Shown here: positions 60,470-64,000 of the stretch, in pieces
Numbering within the stretch: the first letter of the stretch is position 1
How the letters are laid out: every line of letters begins with the position of its first letter
Assembly: GCA_030390025.1 (NCBI GenBank)
Contig: CM059425.1
Location: 177,818,001 to 177,882,000, forward strand
Reading direction: 5' to 3'
DNA: 64,000 bases
Source of the DNA: Squalus acanthias
Taxonomy: Eukaryota
Translations under genes and position numbers: made by a program
The notes under the pieces: generated by a model
Told to the model about the DNA's origin: nothing
Databases searched by the model: none
The model's input: only the letters and a program-made list of their open reading frames with translations

Positions 60470-61540
60470 ATAGGAACAGGAGTAGGCCATTCAGGCCCTC
60501 GAGCCTGTTCCACCATTCTATTAGATCATGGCTGATATGTACCTCAACTCCATTTATCCACTTTTGATCCATATTACTTGATATTCTTACCTAATAAAAA
60601 TCCATCAATCTCAGTCTTCAAAGGTTCAATTGGCCCAGCATACATAGCCTTTTGAGGAAGAGAGTTCCAAATTTCCACTACAGTTTGTGAAAAAGTGCTT
60701 CACCCCTAAATGGCCTAGCTCTAATTTTAAAATTGTGCCCTTTGTTCTGGATTCACCCACCAGAGGAAATTCTTTCTCTGTATCTACCCTATAAAGTCCA
60801 TTAATCATTTTAAACACCTCAATTAGATAACCTCTCAATCTTCTACACTCAAGGGAATGCAAGCCAATATATGCAACCTGTGTTCATAATTTAACCCGGT
60901 ATAATTCTGGTGAATCTGCACTGTACCCTCTCCAATTCCAATATATCCTTCCTGGGGAACACCGCTTATTTGCCAATTAGAGTACATCCCCTTTATCTCT
61001 ACTCTCTGTCTCCTACCCCCCAACCAATTACTGACCCATGTCACAATGTTACCAACAATTCCACGTACTTTACTTTTTTCTAATATTCTTTTGTGCGGAA
61101 CCTTCTCAAATTATTTCTGGAAGTCCATATAGACATAATCTACAGACACTCCCCTAGCCACCTCCTCAAAAAATTCAACTAGATTAGTCAGGCACAACCA
61201 ACCTTCACAAATCCATGCTGACTCTCTTTGACCAGCTTATACTTGTTCAAGTGCTCAGTCACTCTGTCTCTGATGATAGATTCCAGTAACTTTCCCACAA
61301 CTGATGTTAAACTGATGGATCTATAGTTTACTCTTTCTTCCTCCCTTCTTAAATAATGGAGTGACATTTGCAATTTTCCAATCCACAGGCACAATTCCCG
61401 TATCGAGAGAGCTTTGGAAAATTATGGCTAATGCATCTTCAATTTCCTCACCTATTTCTTTTAATACTCTGGGGCGGAAACCATCAGGTCTTGGAGATTT
61501 GTTTATCTTAAGTCCCATTATTTTTTCCATTACCGTTTAT
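60470..61540 (-). mobile_element. CR1 LINE, internally deleted fragment
   Basis: KSPRPDGFRPRVLKE, NYRSISLTS, SGVPQ, LRGYLIEVFK pieces; CR1 tail near 60470. Confidence 0.88.
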
Positions 61541-62417
61541 TTTACTTATTCCTGATTTTCATATTAAAATTGCCTTAAACAGGCGGGCGCTTTGGACACC
61601 CAGTATTAGGCCCCTTTCAGAATGGAGGCAGCCGTATCACCTGTGTTAACAGGGTCATAAGGCTACCAACCCCATCTTGAGGCTGATGCCCACAGTGCAC
61701 GCCAGGCAAAGGCAGTCAAAATTGACCCCATTGTTCCAGAAAACTGTTCCAAATATATTCTAGAAGTTCGCTACCTTTACTACTTGAGCTATTCTGCTTC
61801 TCCCAGTCTATGTGAAAATTAAATCTCCCATTATAACCACATTTTTTCTGTTACATGCTTCCCTGATCTCCATATTTATACATTCTCCACTACATCATTT
61901 CTGTCATAGACAACATCCATCAGAGTCTTTACTGACCCTTAATTCTCTCCATAGTTTTTCCACTGCCTGTTTGCCCTCACTGAAATCTGGAGGAGACCAA
62001 GATATAGTGATTCATTTAATACAGTACAAGAGGACTAGAGATTGAGAGTGTTGAGAGTATGTGATTTGAAAGAAGTTGAATGTAGAGTGGGATCAGCGGC
62101 GAGAGCGGGACCTGAGGAACGACACCAGCGGGGATAAAAGGAGCAGCGCCCGAGACCAGTGGCGAGAGCGGGATCTGAGGAGCGACACCAGCGGGGATAA
62201 AAGGAGCTAGCCGGGAGCTGCGCGTACCGACCTGAAGGGGGGGGAACCAAAGTGTGACATCACAGGAAAGCAGGTAAGTGATTGATTGGTGAGTATTTCT
62301 CTCTTTTTTCTAAACGTGGACATTGGTTTAAATTAAGAGCCGGGATTAAAAACTAAACATAGATAATTGATATTTCAAAACTTGAAAACCTAATTAATTA
62401 AATAAAATATAATAGAG

Positions 62418-63370
62418 ATGGCAGGGCAGGCGATGTGTTGCAGCTGTAGCATGTGGGAGCTGGTGGACACCAGTGTGATCCACAGCGACCACATCTGCAG
62501 TAAGTGTTGGCAGCTCAAGGAACTTCGGCTCAAAGTTGATGAGCTGGAGTCCGAGCTTCAGACACTGCGATACATGAGGCAGGGAGAGTGTTACCTGGAC
62601 ACTGTGTTCCAGGAGGCAGTCACACCCCTTAGGTTAAATACTTCAAATTTGGTCCATTGTCTGGGATAGGAGGGTGTGAAAATGAGTGAGGCAGGTATTG
62701 GGATCCCGAAGGTAGCATTGGAGGAGCCTCAGCCTTTGCACTTGTCCAACAGGTACGAGGTTCTTACTCCCTGTGTGGATGAGAGCAGGGACTGCAGGGA
62801 GGATGAGCAAACTGACCACAGCATCGTGGTACAGGGGGCCATTCAAGTTGGGGGAGTAAAAAGAAATGTAGTAGTGGTAGGGGACAGTATAGTTAGGGGG
62901 ATAGATACTGTTCTCTGCAGCCGAGAGCGGGAGTCCCGAAGGCTGTGTTGCCTGCCCGGTGCCAGGGTTAAGGACATCTCCTCCGGGCTGGAGAAGAACT
63001 TGGAGTGGGAGGGGAAAGATCCAGTTGTCGTGATCTACGTAGGTACCAATGACATAGGTAGAACAGAGAAAGAGCTTCTGCTGAGGGAGTATGAGCAGCT
63101 AGGGGCTAAATTAAAAAGCAGAACAACAAAGGTAATAATCTCTGGATTACTACCTGAGCCACGAGCAAATTTGCATAGGGTAAATAAGATCAGAGAGATG
63201 AACGTGTGGCTCAGAGACTGGTGTGGGAGAAATGGGTTTCGATTCATGGGGCACTAGCACCAGTACTGGGGTAAGAGGAAGCTGTTCCGTTGGGACAGGC
63301 TTCACTTGAACCATGCTGGGACTAGTGTCCTGACGAATCGAATAACTAGGGCTGTAGAGAGGGCTTTAAA
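62418..63370 (+). pseudogene. CR1 ORF1: zinc finger/leucine zipper plus SGNH esterase, with in-frame stops
   Basis: CCSCSMW...HICSKC, LRLKVDELESELQTL, VVGDSIVRG, VGTND, DRLHLN; stops ending at 62669 and 63257 in the same frame. Confidence 0.88.
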
Positions 63371-63474
63371 CTAAATAGTGGGGGGAGGGTTCAGGTGAGC
63401 GGGAATTTAAAAAGTCAAAGAGAAAGGAGAAGGCAATAGAGCAAGGTAGCAATGGGGGTAATGGTAACCAGAGT

Positions 63475-63996
63475 GTGACAGGAAGGGACAGAATAAAAAT
63501 AAGAGTGCAAATGAAAGTGGGGTCAAAGCACGGAAAAAATAGTAAAAAGACAAAATTAAAAGCTCTTTATCTGAATGCACGCAGCATTCATAACAAGATA
63601 GATGAGTTGACAGCACAAATAGATATAAATGGGTATGATCTGATAGCCATTACAGAGACGTGGTTGCAAGGTGACCAAGGCTGGGAACTGAATATTCAGG
63701 GGTATTTGACATTTTGGAAGGATAGACAGAAAGGAAAAGGAGGTGGGGTAGATCTGTTAATAAAGGATGAGATCAGTGCAGTAGTGAGAAATGATATTGG
63801 CTCAGAAGAGCAAGATGTAGAATCAGTTTGGGTGGAGATAAGAAATAATAAGGGAAAGAAGTCACTGGTGGACATAGTCTATAGGCCCCCTAACAGTAGC
63901 TACACTGTTGGACAGAGTATAAATCAAGAAATAATGGAGGCTTGTAAGAAAGGTGCAGCAATAATCATGGGCGATTTTAATCTTCATATTGATTAG
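63475..63996 (+). pseudogene. CR1 ORF2 apurinic endonuclease domain (premature stop)
   Basis: YLNARSI, IAITETWL, VYRPPN, MGDFN; TAG where W is expected after GDFNLHID. Confidence 0.9.
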
Positions 63997-64000
63997 ACAA

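Larger units (their letters stand above)
62030..64000 (+). mobile_element. 5' end of a CR1 LINE: 5' UTR, ORF1, start of ORF2
   Basis: Tandem ~60-nt repeat in the 5' UTR (62097-62210); ORF1 and APE endonuclease motifs downstream; runs off the window end. Confidence 0.92.

Overview
Repeat-rich vertebrate genomic DNA, most likely a shark (inferred from the CR1, DeuSINE, Penelope and Harbinger repeat content). The left half holds the 3' end of AP3S1 on the + strand: an internal exon at 7820-7927, a candidate 59-nt alternative exon at 20746-20804 and the last coding exon at 24351-24479. The main feature is a young 13.5-kb provirus at 40665-54134 on the - strand. It has two 1653-bp LTRs differing by about 8 substitutions, a 4-bp GACC target duplication, a tRNA-Arg PBS, gag, and pol with a dead tether RNase H plus a second active RNase H. 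Its env resembles a Mononegavirales F-type fusion protein and appears to carry an N-terminal immunoglobulin domain; I read the element as lokiretrovirus-like. It is the third layer of a four-level nest: Harbinger element (37400-57726) > older LTR element (37688-55731) > provirus > MITE (45169-45941). Also present are a second decayed Harbinger, Penelope termini with hammerhead cores, a DIRS relic and many LINE/SINE fragments. All calls were made by eye without database searches, and boundaries of degenerate repeats are approximate.
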